Shown here: positions 10,901 to 24,146 of the stretch, piece by piece
Layout of the letters: the number at the start of each line of letters is the position of its first letter
How positions within the stretch are numbered: position 1 is the stretch's first letter
Assembly: GCA_964016885.1 (NCBI GenBank)
Contig: OZ024760.1
Coordinates: 20,584,001-20,648,000 of the forward strand
Length of the DNA: 64,000 nucleotides
Source: Eledone cirrhosa
Lineage: Eukaryota
Direction: 5' to 3'
The notes under the pieces: generated by a model
Told to the model about the DNA's origin: nothing
The model's database searches: none
The model's input: only the letters and a program-made list of their open reading frames with translations
Program-made: the position numbers and the translations under genes

Positions 10901-12399
10901 AAAAAAAAAAAAAAATGAATGAAAAAATATATTATATATATATATATTGACTAGCACTCTAACGTAGAGTACACAGGTCCATTATGTCGAGTTGAAGGAG
11001 TAAGTTGTAGTATTGATGTATTTCTGTTTTTAAAAAAACCCTGCATGTAAAGACATTACTGCCACTTCTATTACTACTACCACCAGAGCAGATTAAATTT
11101 AATCCAATGGCATTAACAGTGAGCCAAGTCAGCTATTAATCCTTGCTAACGAATTAAATCATATTGCTGCCACTAAGCAAATCTCTTCTTGTTACTCTAA
11201 TGGATTTGTAATATATATATATATATACATATATACATCAACGGATCATCTCTTGTTGAAAGACTTAGCGTTTCCTACCTCCCTGTCATTTACGTCCTTG
11301 TGATTATATGGAGGTGGCAGTGGTGGTGTAATTGTCTGACTTGTGATGGTGGTGCTGTAGTTGTACCCTATTTGTTTTTTTGTTTATCAATTCAGTTCTT
11401 ATACAAGCTCCTCACTGAAAAGAAGTCACTACATTGGAACTGTTTCTATTAACATAGCTTTATTTTCTCTTTCATTTGGAACTTTTAAAGAACTTCAACA
11501 GCTATACGTCAGGTATTGTTATATATATGTATATTTACACCTACACCAGGTATTGTTATAATATATATATATATATATACACACCTACTACATCAGGTAT
11601 TGTCATGATATATATATATATATTTACACCTACATATTAACCCATTTCTTTTTATAACTAAACTGCATCTTTTTTGATAATTCAAAATTTTGTTTTTATA
11701 GTGTTTCTTTGTATCTGGTTCAGAATAAGTACACTTGTATCTTTGCGTTGTAAGAACCAACTAAAAGGTTTAATATCAAGAAAGGGATCTGACTGTAAAA
11801 TGTTGCCTCATAAGTTTGGTCAAACCCATGCTATCGTTGATATTTACACCTACATGTTAACTCTATAACTAAACTTCATCTGATTTGATTATGCAAAACT
11901 GTTAATTTACATAGTGTTTATATGCCAGCTGAAAAGTTTATGGAATGGCCAAATGAGGTTTATTTTTCAACATAGTCCCTAGAAAGAAACAATGCAGTTA
12001 TTAATAAGAGTTGAAATTTATGACATGCAAGATTTCATACCTCTAGCATCACTTCCTTCATAGACTATGAACTTTTCAGCTGACCCATGTAGTTGAAGTA
12101 ACTGCTATATATATATATATATATATACTAGCATTAAAGCTCGGGGTCATTAAGTTACCAAAGTTAGGTTGCACCACCCATTTTATGGCAGCACTTTTTT
12201 GTCTGCCAGGCACTGGGTGAATGAATTGCAGACCTGGAAGCAGGAGCTGCGCCAGCAATGACAATTGTAGTTTCGCCTATGGATATTATCTCTGTGCAAA
12301 AAAGTGTTGAAATTTATTGTTTCACAGTACTTGCGCAACATGCGCGTAGATGATGCCAGCCAAACAGAGCTGCGATGGAGTTGTTCTGCATGGTTGTCT

Positions 12400-12707
12400 G
12401 TTTTCTAAATTTAAGACAGTAGGGAGGGTTGTGATATGAGGGAGAGTTAGCTGTTGTTTCTAGCAGGTTTAGTGACCTCATAGAGGATATGTTTTCTAAA
12501 TTTAAGACAGTAGGTAGTGGTGTGATATGGGGGAGAGTTAGCTGCTGTTTCTAGCAGGTTTAGTAACCTCAGAGGATATGTTTTCTAAATTTAAGACAGT
12601 AGGGAGTGGTGTGATATGGGGGAGAGTTAGCTGCTGTTTCTAGCAGGTTTAGTAACCTCATAGAGGATATGTGTTTTCTAAATTTAAGACAGTAGGGAGT
12701 GGTGTGA
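12400..12707 (+). repeat. Tandem repeat, ~88-bp unit, ~3.5 copies
   Basis: ttttctaaatttaagacagtagg recurs at ~12402, 12492, 12581 and 12674. Confidence 0.9.
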
Positions 12708-13502
12708 ACGGACAGTATCACCAAGCTTGGAAAGAGGAAGTATGAAGTTGTATAGAATTTGAATGGTAGTAGAAAGAGTTCAACAGTTTAAATGACAGAA
12801 AAATCGTAAAATATTGAGTTTTATCTATTGTGAAATTGAAAAAATTATTAGACGCAATCGAAGCTATTTCGAATACTGAATTGTAAATTTCAATTGAAGA
12901 AATTCTATATCGTAGATTTCTATAACGAAGGAGCATGACCACACACTGAGCTTTATAGATTATGATATATACAGGGTGTGTGTGTGTGTCCCCCCCCAAA
13001 AAAATGGGTACTGATTACCTGTACAGATAATATTAGAATGCTGTTGAAGTATGTATACATTTTTGGGAGACATCGATTAATCTTTTAGCATTTACATTAC
13101 TCTATATTTAGCATTGTATTTTCATTGTAAAGGCTTTATCTTACATAATATCGAATCTATGAGATTTTGATGTTTATTTTGAGAACAATACCTTAATGTC
13201 AGTTTGAACAAACGGGTGAGAGATTATGGTCAGATACAGCCGGTTTAAATCGACCCCCAGTGCATGACTGGTACTTTATTTTATCGACCCTGTAATGATG
13301 AAAGGCAAAGTTAACCATGGCGAGATTTGAACTCAGATCATAAAGGGCTGTAAGTTTATGCTGCATAGCATGTCGTCCAGCCCTTTACCGATACTGCCAA
13401 TCGTGGTTGTTTAAGGTTCAGTAATGTCTTGGAGGACTGCTCTAGGTGGCTGCCTAGTTAACCTTAATGATAGCACAAGTTCTGTATAGAATGGAAAACT
13501 GA

Positions 13503-13537
<35 letters not shown>

Positions 13538-13660
13538 TTTATGATTCATTAATGTACCTGTGAGGTGTGCACGTTAGTTGACCTTAACACCAGTGCTGAT
13601 CCTGGGTCCTGCACTGATCTAATCCAGTTCTGTGTACTTTACATATCTAATATTACAATA

Positions 13661-14370
13661 AACTAGCAGAAAAACCATCCGAAGGGTGGTTTTCTGCTAG
13701 CATGTGTAGTGTGTATATTGATATACGCAAGTATATATACATGTAGATATGATCAAATAAAATCGTAATTGACAATATAAACAAAAATTGAATGAAGACG
13801 TTACACTGTCTTATGTAATCAGTAACGTAATCCATGATACATTAAAAAAAGATGATATATATATAAACTGCATTAGGAGAAAATTAGTATGTTTATTTAA
13901 GTGATTGCCACCGGAAGTGTTGACATCACACACACTCTCTCTCTTTCTATATATATGGTAGTTGAAGTGATGGTGGTGGCGACGATATAGCGGAAGTGCA
14001 ACTTTGAAAAGAAGTAAATTTTCAATTATTTATTTTTAGGAAATTTAGTAGATAAATTATGTAATATTCATTCATTATTTATTCAAAGTAATGGCGGTGG
14101 ATTGGTAGTATCGGTAGAGGGTCGGATGCCATGCTTTGACGCATAGAGTTACGGCCCTTGCCATTCTGAGTTCAAATCCCGCCGAGGTTAACTTTGCCTT
14201 TCATCCTTATGGGGTCGATAAAATAAAGTACCAGTAATGTACTGGTTAATTGCTGGCCTTGTGCCTAAAGTAGAAACAATTATTTATTCAAAGTAATCCA
14301 ACTTATTTTACTAATGGGATAAAAAAAAAAAAACCGTACGCAGTCCCGCAGACCTTAAAGTTTAGACGTC
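13661..14370. mobile_element. Helitron/Helentron-like non-autonomous element (related copies ~54536-55268 and ~57130-57400)
   Basis: Shared dispersed sequence; hairpin aaaaccatccgaagggtggtttt beside ACTAG; interrupted by a SINE at 14092. Confidence 0.55.
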
Positions 14371-14469
14371 TTTACCTTTTATTGCTAAGGCTTAATTCAA
14401 AGAGAGCATATCACACTCCACTAAATCTCTGGCCTACAACCAAACACACTAATCAATATTTTGTACATG

Positions 14470-15506
14470 TATATGAGGTAATCTTAATGTCAGTGTCTCT
14501 TGCTCTGGGTGACCCTACACATGAGGTAGTCTTAATGTCAGTGTCTCTTGCTCTGGGTGACCCTACACATGAGGTAGTCTTAATGTCAGTGTCTCTTGCT
14601 CTGGGTGACCCTACACATGAGGTAGTCTTAATGTCAGTGTCTCTTGCTCTGGGTGACCCTACACATGAGGTAGTCTTAATGTCAGTGTCTCTTGCTCTGG
14701 GTGACCCTACACATGAGGTAGTCTTAATGTCAGTGGCTCTTGCTCTAGGTGACCCTACACATGAGGTAGTCTTAATGTCAGTGTCTCTTGCTCTGGGTGA
14801 CCCTACACATGAGGTAGTCTTAATGTCAGTGCCTCTTGCTCTGGGTGACCCTACACATGAGGTAATCTTAATGTCAGTGTCTCTTGCTCTGGGTGACCCT
14901 ACACATGAGGTAGTCTTAATGTCAGTGTCTCTTGCTCTGGGTGATCCTACACATGAGGTAGTCTTAATGTCTGTCTCTTGCTCTGGGTGACCCTACACAT
15001 GAGGTAGTCTTAATGTCAGTGTCTCTTGCTCTGGGTGACCCTACACATGAGGTAGTCTTAATGTCAGTGGCTCTTGCTCTAGGTGACCCTACACATGAGG
15101 TAGTCTTAATGTCAGTGTCTCTTGCTCTGGGTGACCCTACACATGAGGTAGTTTTAATGTCAGTGCCTCTTGCTCTGGGTGACCCTACACATGAAGTAAT
15201 CTTAATGTCAGTGTCTCTTGCTCTGGGTGACCCTACACATGAGGTAATCTTAATGTCAGTGTCTCTTGCTCTGGGTGACCCTACACATGAGGTAGTCTTA
15301 ATGTCAGTGGCTCTTGCTCTGGGTAACCCTACACATGAGGTAGTCTTAATGTCAGTGGCTCTTGCTCTGGGTGACCCTACACATGAGGTAGTCTTAATGT
15401 CAGTGGCTCTTGCTCTGGGTGACCCTACACATGAGGTAGTCTTAATGTCAGTGTCTCTTGCTTTGGGTGACCCTACACATGAGGTAATCTTAATGTCAGT
15501 GGCTCT
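14470..15506 (+). repeat. 48-bp minisatellite, ~21 copies
   Basis: Unit catgaggtagtcttaatgtcagtgtctcttgctctgggtgaccctaca. Confidence 0.97.
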
Positions 15507-15551
15507 TTATTAACCTATTGTAAGCTTAAAAAAAAGAGTGATAATCTCTTT

Positions 15552-15758
15552 ACCTTTTTAGCATTTAAACTGGCTGTATCTGGCCAGAATCCTCTTACCT
15601 CTTTCTGTTCCAACCGGCTGTAACTGGCCGCTCATACTGATGTTAAAGTATTGTCTTCAAAATATATATCAGAATCTCATAGATTTGATATGTGAGGTAA
15701 AGCCTTTGGCACAAAAATACAACAGTAAATATAGAGTAATGTAAATGTCAAAGGGTTA
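15552..15758 (+). mobile_element. piggyBac-type MITE (others 50999-51226; fragments ~3190-3313 and ~13080-13250)
   Basis: Family consensus ends ttaaccctttagcattta...taaatgctaaagggttaa, clearest in the 50999 copy. Confidence 0.75.
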
Positions 15759-16562
15759 ATATAAACTAGTGAAGGTGTGTGTCTTAGTGGTTAGAGAATT
15801 GGATTGACAATCATGAGGTTGTGAGTTCAATTCCTGGACTGGGTGATGTGTTATGTCCTTGAGCAAGACATTTTATTGCACGTTGCTCTTTCTGTCAGGA
15901 GTTGTGACCGGTATATAGTATTAGCAATTGGAAAGACCAATGGAAACATTGTTTCCTTGGTCCAATCTGATGAGTTACACCACTAAGTGAATGATGTCTA
16001 GGACCTTGTCATTCTTGGACTAATAAACTAGTGGAGCCATGTCAGTAATGATGCTAAGCTGTATTGTTTCCTCATAATTAAAGGGGCAGTCAACCATATT
16101 TGTCATCATCATCATTTTACGTCTGCTTTTCTCTGCTTGCAAGGGTGGGACGGGAACTGATTCTGGCTTGATTTCTACAGCTGGATGCCCTTCCTAACAC
16201 CAACCTCATTTACAGTGAGTGCTGGGTGCTTTTTTGCCGTGGCACCTCCACGACCACTTTGCAGTGGAATTATAGGGACCCCAGCCCTATCATCTCATTT
16301 CTACAGCTGAGTAAACTGGAGCAATGTGAAATAAATGTCTTGCTCAAAGAAACAACACATCACCCGGTCTGAGAATTGAACTTACAACCTTTCGATTGCA
16401 AGGCCAATGCTCTAACCACTAAGCCATGTGCCTCCATTGTCAGTGAATCTGAATTATTTCTGAAACAACTGGATTCTGTACCGCAGATGTGTTCAGTTGT
16501 AAAATAGCCATTAGACTAGTGGACTGGTGCCATCAATAACAGCAGCAATAGTGTTGAATATA

Positions 16563-16688
16563 TTTACTGGAGTCCAGGGTTGGTATGTCATATGTACCAG
16601 GATTACTGGAGTCCAGGGTTGGTATGTCATATGTACCAGGATTACAGGAGTCCAGGGTTGGTATGTAATATGTACCAGGATTACTGGA
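16563..16688 (+). repeat. 39-bp tandem repeat, ~3 copies
   Basis: Unit ttactggagtccagggttggtatgtcatatgtaccagga. Confidence 0.9.
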
Positions 16689-17309
16689 TATATGAACAAT
16701 CATACAAACTGGGTAATTTGCTATTTTGATAAATTTATGGTTTACATAAGAGAAACCCTATAGTTTATGTTGATTTCTGACATGTAGAAGTGATTAAAGT
16801 TAATGATATTTTAATTAATTTCTAGGATATAATTACATAAATGTTCAGCATATATGTACAAATGATATACAGCTTTAAATGAGTAACTTTGGTGAAATAA
16901 TTATTTACAGGGACAAATGTAGGGTTAGAACCCAGGACCTTGTGATTAGAAAGTGGGGTAAGATGATTGAAATCGGAAATGCATTCTATGTAAGTTTAAA
17001 AGAATTACAGGTGGTTATATAGATGTGTGTGTCAGAAGTCAGGTGTAGCTAGTTAGTTCATTGTTTTACGATCGTTTCAGAGGGTCGAATGATCGATGGA
17101 GATTGATTTATCTAGCAGCATTGTAGTGGTAAAGTTTTTAACTATTTCTAGTCTCTGTTCAATCGGCCGTCTTCCTCAGTGTTTCTAAGGACAGACTGGC
17201 TGTTAAATGAGGCTCTGTCTTATCAAGATACTTGTTAATTGAGGAATGGTTATTAAACAAGAAGTGGTAGTATCAAGCTGGTCTTTATACAAGGATTTAC
17301 TGTACCAAG

Positions 17310-17580
17310 TTGACCAGTATATAAGGTATAGCTGTATCAGACCAGTATATAAGGTATAACTGTATCAGACCAGCATATAAGGTATAACTGTATCAGACCA
17401 GCATATAAGGTATAACTGTATCAGACCAGCATATAAGGTATAACTGTATCAGACCAGCATATAAGGTATAACTGTATCAAGTTGACCCAATATATATGGT
17501 ATAGCTGTATCAAGTTGACCCAGCATATAAGGTATAGCTGTATCAAGTAGAACCCAGTATATAAGGTATAGCTGAACCAA
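17310..17580 (+). repeat. ~28-bp minisatellite
   Basis: Unit gaccagcatataaggtataactgtatca. Confidence 0.9.
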
Positions 17581-17658
17581 GATTATCATCATCATCACTG
17601 TTTAATGTCCATTTTTCCATGCCAGCATGGGTTAGACAAGTCCTGTTGTAATCAATGT

Positions 17659-17690
<32 letters not shown>

Positions 17691-18450
17691 ACAGCCAGAA
17701 ATGTGAGTAAAAGGTATTTTCATCATTCTATTGCCTTTGTATTTCTCTGCAACTGTGTTTTTATTTTTTAACTGGTTGAGATGTATACCGGCTATAAATT
17801 CGAAATATATCTCATTGCCGCTAGCACAGTCCCTCGCCAAATGACAAGTTGTTCTGCCAAATTTATAAATATTAAAATAGGTTCTATAATGTATTTCACA
17901 AAATATAAGTTACACACAGCTTTGTTTTCCAGTCGGTGGAGCATTTTGACTAAACTGAAGAAGCTTAAAGGGCTTTCATTTTTTAAATTTTTTTTATTTA
18001 CTGAGGTACTGTTTGTTACCTACAATCTAGGGCTCCAATTATTAAAGTCTAAGGACCTGGCCATCTATTAATATGACCCAAGATAGGATTTATTTAAAGG
18101 AAATTTTAGAATCGCACAAATGTTTGAGGCAGGTGCCCTGACACAGTGTTTGATATTTTCAACTGAGAGGAAGTTGGTAATGGTTATTTTTTAAACCTTT
18201 TATGTAAGCACATGTAGTATTTGACATAAAATGTAAACTTACTGCACAAAATTGGATTTAGTTCTATACAATATTAGATTTAGAATTACACAAAATTGTA
18301 TTTAAAACTACACAAAATTGGATTTAAAACTGCACAAAATTATGTTTAGTACTACACAAAATTAAATTTAAAACTACACAGAGTCGAACTACACATTAAG
18401 ATAATTGTTGGCTCAAAGTCATTTAAGAAATTGATTTTTGTGTGTCATGT

Positions 18451-18867
18451 TTAACCCTTTAGTATTTACATAACTCGATATTTACTACATTTTCACAGTA
18501 AATGCTTTATCTCACATAATATCAAATCTATGAGATTTTGATGTTATTTGCTTTGAGAACAATACCTTAACCCTTTAGCATTTAAACCGGCCATATCTGG
18601 CCAGAATTCTCTCACCTTTTTCTGTTCAAACCAGCCATAACTGGCTACTCATACTTATGTTAAGGTATTGTTCTCAAAATAAATAATATCAAATTTTCGT
18701 ACATTCAATATTCTGCGAGATAATTATATGGAATAAAGTGTTTACCATGAAAATACAATAGTAAGTATAGCGTGTGTTAAAGGGTTAACATAAATATGAG
18801 TGGCCGGTTACAGCCAGTTTGACCAGAAAGAGGTGAGATATGGCCGGTTTAAATGCTAAAGGGTTAA
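18451..18867. mobile_element. Nested piggyBac MITEs (inner copy 18567-18788)
   Basis: Two sets of TTAACCC/GGGTTAA ends; the inner element is flanked by a duplicated TTAA. Confidence 0.88.
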
Positions 18868-19004
18868 CTTTGATCTTTCAAATAACAGATGGTGTCAGAA
18901 TGGCTGGTGAACACAATCACCTGAAGTTCAACACAGATGAAAGGCACTAACTAGAATATAATGCCAAACAGGTAGATATAATATTGTAATTATTGTGTTG
19001 TGAC

Positions 19005-19710
19005 ATTGGTGTGGTAGTGGTGGTGGTGGTGGTAGTAATGGTGGTGCTGGTGGGTTTGATGTGGTGGTGGTGGTGGTGCTGGGTTTGATGTTGTGGTAGT
19101 GGTGCTGGTGGAAGTGGGTTTGATGTTGCGGTAGTGGTGGTGGTGGTGCTGGGTTTGGTGTGGTAGTGGTGGTGGTGCTGGGTTTGATGTTGTGGTAGTG
19201 GTGGTGGTGCTGGTGGGTTTGATGTTGTGGTAGTGGTGGTGGTGGTGGAAGTGGGTTTGATGTTGCGGTAGTGGTGGTGGTGGGTTTGATGTTGCGGTCG
19301 TGGTGGTGGTGGGTTTGATGTTGTGGTTGTGGTGGTGGTGGTAGTAGTGGTGTTGGGTTTAATGTGGTGGTGGTGGTGGTAGTAGTGGTGTTGGGTTTGA
19401 TGTTGTGGTAGTGGTGTTGGGTTTGATGTTGTGGTGGTGGTGGTGGGTTTGATGTTGTGGTGGTTGTGGTGGTGGAGCTGGATGTGGTAGTGGTGGTGGG
19501 TTTGATGTTGTGGTGGTGGTGGGTTTGATGTGGTGGTGGTGGTGGGTTTGATGTGGTGGTGGTGGTAGGTTTGATGTAGTGGTGGTGGTGGAGCTGGATG
19601 TAGTGGTGGTGGTGGGTTTGATGTGGTAGTGGTGGTGGGTTTGATGTGGTGGTGGTGGTGGTGGTGGAGCTGGGTTTGATGTGCTAGTGGTGGTGGTGGG
19701 TTTGATGATG
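19005..19710. repeat. (GGT)n-rich low-complexity tract
   Basis: Direct inspection. Confidence 0.95.
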
Positions 19711-19832
19711 TTATGTATTAAAATATAATTATGAAACTCAATAATTTTGTCAAAATTTATAAAATGATATTATTATTAAATACATATCTATGGTGGTGGA
19801 TTGGCAGTATTCGGTAGAGCACCAGACATGTG

Positions 19833-20139
19833 CTGTGGCTGAGAGGGATAGAATGTAGTGTACGAGAGAGGAGACTGAGGTGGTATGGACATGTGATGTG
19901 CATGGAGGATGACCGATGAGTGAAGAAGTGCCAGGAAATGCCAGTTGAAGGAAGACGTGGTAGAGGTAGACCAAGAAAAACATGGGTGGAGGTGGTGAGA
20001 ACAGACCTCAGATCGCTGAAGCTCACGGTGGAGATGACGAAGGACCGCCGTGACAAGTGGAGAGATGCTGTGCTGAATAAGACCCATCCCACCCTTACAA
20101 GCAGGGAAAAGCGGATGTAAAATGATGATGATGATGATG

Positions 20140-20141
<2 letters not shown>
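19833..20141 (+). mobile_element. 5'-truncated RTE-clade LINE 3' end
   Basis: RERRLRWYGHV...GRRGRGRPRKTWVEVVRTDL followed by an (ATG)n tail. Confidence 0.9.
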
Positions 20142-20180
<39 letters not shown>

Positions 20181-20210
20181 AGATCAAAAGATGGTTAAAG
20201 GAGTTCCATA

Positions 20211-20281
20211 TATTTTATTATGCGCATTTCAAAAACAAACATCATCATGCAATAATATTTGTGTTTTCATCAGATAAAATA
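20211..20281 (-). ncRNA. Minimal hammerhead ribozyme (intact core)
   Basis: Reverse complement: tattttat-CTGATGA-stem II (acaaatat/atgtttgt)-GAAA-tgcgca-TA-ataaaata; 8-bp stem I, palindromic stem III. Confidence 0.8.
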
Positions 20282-20739
20282 GGAGAACATGATATGAAGG
20301 CTAAAAAACACTTGTGGATAGTGCAGTTTTAAATCAACATATATCCGATATCTGCATTGCTTTATTGTATTACAATAAAACTCACCTCCTACATATATAT
20401 ATATATATATATATATGTAAATATGATAATAATGGAGCTGCGGCGTTGCAAATGGGTTACATATGAAAAAGTTTGTCCTTCATCAGTGGTCTTCCAACCG
20501 TCATAGGCATTTCATCGCTTTAAAGACCATATACCTCAGGTTGGTGCGAGCAACGGCTAAAAAAAGTCATTGGGACACGTAAATAAAGGGGACGCTAGGG
20601 TAAACAAACAAAATGGTTTAAGCAACAGAAAGTGATGAAGAAAGAGACAAATATATATATATATATATATAATATAGTGTGGTGGGATTATCCTTGTTGA
20701 TGCCCTGAAATCATGTTTTTTTTTTACTGTATTTTGCAG

Positions 20740-20918
20740 GAGATTCTCTTTTTTGGACAATGGATGAAACTGAAGGAATCACTGTAGACATGGAGTCGGG
20801 GGTGGAGCACGTGAAAGAGATGTGGCGATCCCTTGGGATTGGACAGAAGGGTTATCTGACTGTATCTGAACTTGGTACAGTCTGTAGACATATTGGCATG
20901 GAAGATATGCAAGACTGG
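20740..20918 (+). CDS. NIN: Ninein/ninein-like exon (EF-hand region); possible start ATG at 20760
   Basis: ttgcag acceptor, gtaagt donor; VKEMWRSLGIGQKGYLTVSELGTVCRHIGMEDMQDW resembles the NINL/NIN segment W..LG....G.L...EL..VC...G. Confidence 0.85.
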
Positions 20919-21964
20919 GTAAGTAAATCAATCATTACAGTTCTTCAGTTCTTCAATTCTTGTAGTCTTCCATTGGTTTACAATGTTTTGGTTGAAGCCA
21001 AATCACAAATGACAGACATCAATGTTGTTGGAGGGTTTTGTGTTGTTGGAAATTATTATCAGTGTGATATATATATATATATATATATCACACTCCTATA
21101 TATATGTATATGTATATATATAATATATGTATATATATAATATATGTATGTGTGTATCATCATCATTTTACGTCCGCTTTTCCCTGCTTGCAAGGGTGGG
21201 ATGGGAACTGATTCTGGCTTGATTTCTACAGCTGGATGCCCTTCCTAACACCAGCCTCATTTACAGTGAGTGCTGGGTGCTTTTTTGCCATGGCACCTCC
21301 ACGACCACTTTGCAGTGGAATGATAGGGACACCAGTCCCTATCATCTCATTTCTACAGCTGAGTAAACTGGAGCAATGTGAAATAAAGTGTCTTGCTCAA
21401 GGAAACAACACATCACCCGGTCTGAGAATTGAACTCACAACCTTTCGATTGCAAGGCCAATGCTCTAACCACTAAGCCATGCATATATATACATATATAT
21501 ATATATATATGTATGTATGGTTGTATTTGGGGAGGGACATATTGTTATAATAATGTCAGAAATAATAATAAAACACACTCACTGTTTGGTTTGGATTGGT
21601 TTTTGCTTCTGTATATTTTATATCTCCATAGTTAATTTAGCTGGCAATCAATATTTATCATTGATTGACCAACGGTTAAAAATATAGATATAAATATATA
21701 TATATATATTTATATACACACATACATATGTACACAAACACGCATGTTGAGAAATAAACAAACCTTGTTTTAAATCCTCAAACCGTCTTTCCTCTCTCTC
21801 TCTCTCTCTCAACCAGATCAACCAAATATAATCCATCGAGCTAAATCTCTTTAACCTAAGCTTACACATGATAATCCTATATGATATCATCACAGCAATG
21901 TTGACATTAAGTTTGGGTGCGGCAGCTCAACACGTGTGGTTCAGTGCGTACTCTATATCTTCTC

Positions 21965-22266
21965 GTGGGTCAACCGGTCTGGTTCAATCTTGTGGCAGCT
22001 CAAACTGTGTCGTTCAATCTTGTGACAGCTCGACCAGTGTGTTTCAATGCCCTCTATATGTCTTGTGCTGGATCAACCTGTGTAGTTCAATCTTGTGGGT
22101 CAACCAGTGTGGTTCAGTCTTGTGCTGACTCAATCAATGTGGTTCAATCTTGTTGTGGTTTAATCTTGTGACAGTTCAACCAGTGTGGTTCAACACTCCC
22201 TATATGTCTTGTGGTGGCTCAATCAGTGTGGTTCAGTCTTGTGGTGGCTCAATCAGTGTGGTTCAA
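21965..22266. repeat. Degenerate ~30-bp tandem repeat
   Basis: Variants of caaccagtgtggttcaatcttgtg. Confidence 0.8.
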
Positions 22267-22694
22267 GGCCTCCCTCCTATATATCTGTTTTGTCTTGTTT
22301 TGGGTCTTATTCTCGACTTGGGTATTTAAACCTGGCAGAGTTCATCCTTTTCAAGGTCTGAACAGCTGATTTCCTCCTTCTCCTCCTCGGTTGGTACTTT
22401 ATTTGTATGTATGGACCTGTAACTCCTGATGGAGTTGTAGAGACATTTTCAACCTGATGGATCTCCTCGGCCTCTCCAAGCCTGAACACACCCGATTTCT
22501 TCCAGAGAATGAAAAAGGGAGAGAGAAAGAAATGAGAAAGGCATATAAAGGAAACACTGACCCCAGTACTTGACTGGTACTTATATATATGTGTGTATGT
22601 GTGTAATAAATAAATATATATATATATATATGTTATTCCAGGTTCAATACCAGGGGTATCCACAGTAAGTAAGGTACTCAATACAGAGTATAAA

Positions 22695-23077
22695 TCTTTA
22701 TATATATAAAAGCGAGGATGTGTGTGTGTCTGTGTACAACTTTGCATACTTAAGGCTTTTACAATTACCAACTGAATTTGACCAAATTTTCTGTGCACGT
22801 TGCACAGGTCGCTAAGATTGTCACATCACAAACATTTTTCAAATCGACCCACGTTGAGCAATAAAAAATCGATATCAAAATTATCGGTAGCAAAATTGAT
22901 GTAAGGGAGATAACAAACTTTATTGACAATCCTTATAAAAAAGGGAGATAACCAACTTTATTGACAGAAATATAAACATCAGATTCATTTGAAGATAAAT
23001 CACTAATATTATCGTTTGTTTCTTGTTTATTCTTTGTTGCATTTCAAACCCCGGGCAACGCCGGGTAAATCTGCTAG
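22695..23077 (+). mobile_element. Non-autonomous Helitron
   Basis: 5' TC after A, 3' GC hairpin cccgggcaacgccggg then CTAG before T. Confidence 0.8.
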
Positions 23078-23085
23078 TGTTTAAC

Positions 23086-23170
23086 ATAGAAAAGCTTCTA
23101 CAGGACTAGAACTGTTTCATGGTGATTTCTCACGAATGAAACAGTTCTAGTCCTGTAGAAGCTTTTCTAT
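23086..23170. repeat. Perfect ~35-bp inverted repeat
   Basis: atagaaaagcttctacaggactagaactgtttcat and its reverse complement, 15-nt spacer. Confidence 0.95.
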
Positions 23171-23174
23171 ATTA

Positions 23175-23206
<32 letters not shown>

Positions 23207-23300
23207 AAACGTAAACAGAAACAACAACACAATCGATGTATGTAATTATAAACACACACACACACACATATATATATATATGTATATATGTATGTGTGTG

Positions 23301-23332
<32 letters not shown>

Positions 23333-23747
23333 AAGAAAAATTTTTACGAAATGGAAATGCGGGTATATAGAATTTATTAGGTAACAATTGTTTCTATAGT
23401 GTATGAGTTACCTATACCTCGCTACTTGAATAATACACAAATATTATCAAAAACCGAAAGTACACTGTAAGCCAACACACCATGTCATCAGACCTTTGTA
23501 TTAGAATGATATGAAAATATTTTATACACTAGATAAAAGATAAAAAAGGAGTGTATAAAATATTTTCATATCATTCTAATACAAAGGTCTGATGACATGG
23601 TGTGTTGGCTTACAGTGTACTTTCGGTTTTTGATAATATTTGTGTATTATTCAAGTAGCGAGGTATAGGTAACTCATACACTATAGAAACAATTGTTACC
23701 TAATAAATTCTATATACCCACATTTCCATTTCGTAAAATTTTTTCTT
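23333..23747. repeat. Long near-perfect palindrome, ~198-bp arms
   Basis: Arms 23333-23530 and 23550-23747, 19-nt spacer. Confidence 0.95.
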
Positions 23748-24101
23748 CATATTTTCTCCGGATTTTAAAACACACTTTATTATACGTTGAGCAATCTCTG
23801 ACGTCAGTTGACTCCATCCAATGCAACTACTTCGTAACATTGGAATACAAATTAACTAATTCTTGTATATATATATATATATATATATATTTCGTTTCTG
23901 AATTTGTTTAGCAAGATTCTTTATCTGAAATCGTGTGTTGAAACCGATATTGTTATACTTTGGGAGGGTCATGTTGCCAATAAGAAACACACGCACCAGT
24001 TGCTTTCACTTCAATTTAATTTATTATATATTTATAAATTTACAAATTTATAAATTTCTGGTTGGTTGGTTCCACAACCAGATAGTTGTTTATATATATA
24101 T

Positions 24102-24146
24102 AGTCATAGTTCTTTCGTCACACACTCTGTGACCTCTTCAGTGACT
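24102..24146 (-). ncRNA. Minimal hammerhead ribozyme (intact core)
   Basis: Reverse complement: agtca-CTGAAGA-g-gtcaca gagtg tgtgac-GAAA-gaac-TA-tgact. Confidence 0.75.

Noticed and set aside
14382-15513. Repeat protein or CRISPR-like array
   Set aside because: Contiguous 48-bp units with no unique spacers, a frameshift mid-array and a eukaryotic context: a minisatellite.
23589-23630. CTGATGA in the long palindrome (also ~10226, 15967, 52322) as hammerheads
   Set aside because: No correctly placed stem II plus GAAA on the same strand.
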